Notes under the pieces: model-generated
Database searches by the model: none
The model's input: only the letters and a program-made list of their open reading frames with translations
Told to the model about the DNA's origin: nothing
Program-made: the position numbers and the translations under genes
Shown: piece by piece, positions 55,933 to 56,128 of the stretch
Position numbering within the stretch: position 1 is the stretch's first letter
Layout: every line of letters starts with the position of its first letter
Source: Desulfosoma sp.
GTDB lineage: Bacteria; Desulfobacterota; Syntrophobacteria; Syntrophobacterales; DSM-9756
Assembly (NCBI GenBank): GCA_037481835.1
Contig: JBBFKW010000019.1
Span: 1-56,128 of the forward strand
Length of the DNA stretch: 56,128 nucleotides
Direction: 5' to 3'

Positions 55933-56128
55933 GTGCGGCGCAAGGCCCGGATCTGCCTCTGTAACCCAAGGCCACCTCCCCGTGAAAAATGCGCCGAGAT
56001 CGTCCATGGCGGGGCTTCAGCCTCGAGTCCTCAAGGATGCCCCTCCAAGGTCCGCCTCGAGGGGATGGACCGCCTAACCCAAGTTTGTCACATGTATGTT
56101 CAAAAAGAGGGGATTGTCGCGATTTTGC

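Noticed and set aside
55733..56128. Integrative element at tRNA-Gln/Glu or at the left tRNA cluster
   Set aside because: No integrase and no duplicated tRNA 3' end were seen, and a normal terminator follows tRNA-Glu

Overview
GC-rich bacterial chromosome segment. It probably comes from a Desulfobacterota member of the Syntrophobacterales (inferred from gene content, not verified). It runs from the start of tuf and its tRNA cluster (Thr-Tyr-Thr) to a tRNA-Gln/tRNA-Glu pair. Contents in order: a housekeeping block (yggT, divIVA, Trm112-like, rfaE1, yicC, remA, gmk, rlmB, then opposite-strand tatD-maf-yggS); class II ribonucleotide reductase nrdJ with endonuclease V; two CBS-domain genes heading a four-subunit group 3b [NiFe]-hydrogenase operon; a secreted PHP-family phosphoesterase; a minus-strand protease/methyltransferase block; a CheR / beta-CASP / macrodomain run; an ArsR-DsrE module; recC-recB-recD followed by sbcC with no adjacent sbcD; HNH, chalcone-isomerase-like and DegP genes; a long RelA/SpoT homologue; a heptad-repeat membrane-anchored coiled-coil gene; and a VIT-vWA protein. 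No CRISPR array, prophage or transposase was found. Most notable signals: the RelA/SpoT homologue has an intact hydrolase but an eroded synthetase site, a 4xCBS protein with two CxxC motifs sits directly upstream of the hydrogenase, a REP palindrome lies in frame inside recC, further REP-type elements occupy intergenic gaps, and Pho-box-like and ArsR-operator-like sites can be read directly in the DNA.
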